DNA of 64,000 nt from Marsupella aquatica (taxonomy: Eukaryota > Plantae > Marchantiophyta): the NCBI GenBank assembly GCA_973895155.1, contig OZ316892.1, positions 11,050,420 to 11,114,419 of the forward strand, in the 5' to 3' direction. A model generated the notes under the pieces. It ran no database searches and was not told where the DNA came from. It worked only from the letters and a program-made list of their open reading frames with translations. Both the position numbers and the translations under genes were made by a program. Below are positions 63,973 through 64,000 of this stretch, one piece after another (the stretch's first letter is position 1; each line of letters begins with the position of its first letter).

Positions 63973-64000
63973 GTGAGTTTATAAGTGTACTCTCGGTCCC

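Overview
Land-plant nuclear DNA with spliceosomal GT-AG introns; probably a non-seed plant such as a bryophyte, which is an inference from the CDKB PSTALRE motif and repeat style. Eight host genes: CDKB (-, runs off the left edge), CDC48B AAA-ATPase (-, with lesions), LPA3 (+), HRD1 (-), PYM (+), RPL27a/uL15 (+), a DUF538 protein (+) and MLO (+, runs off the right edge). Transposons: a degenerate L1 LINE with a nested 231-bp Helitron-like insert, two full-length Ty1/copia elements (LTRs, PBS, PPT, 5-bp TSDs), a related solo LTR, a foldback element and several small repeat families. Best novelty candidate: both divergent copia elements have an in-frame TGA at the same codon between gag and protease, followed by a synonymously conserved GYAL motif, which suggests programmed gag-pol stop readthrough. 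Other notable signals: a conserved in-frame extension upstream of the gag AUG, a frameshift in PYM compensated across an intron, a putative NMD-competent PYM 3'UTR intron holding a copia, and a Helitron carrying an MSA+E2F cell-cycle motif pair. All calls were made by eye; no database searches were run.
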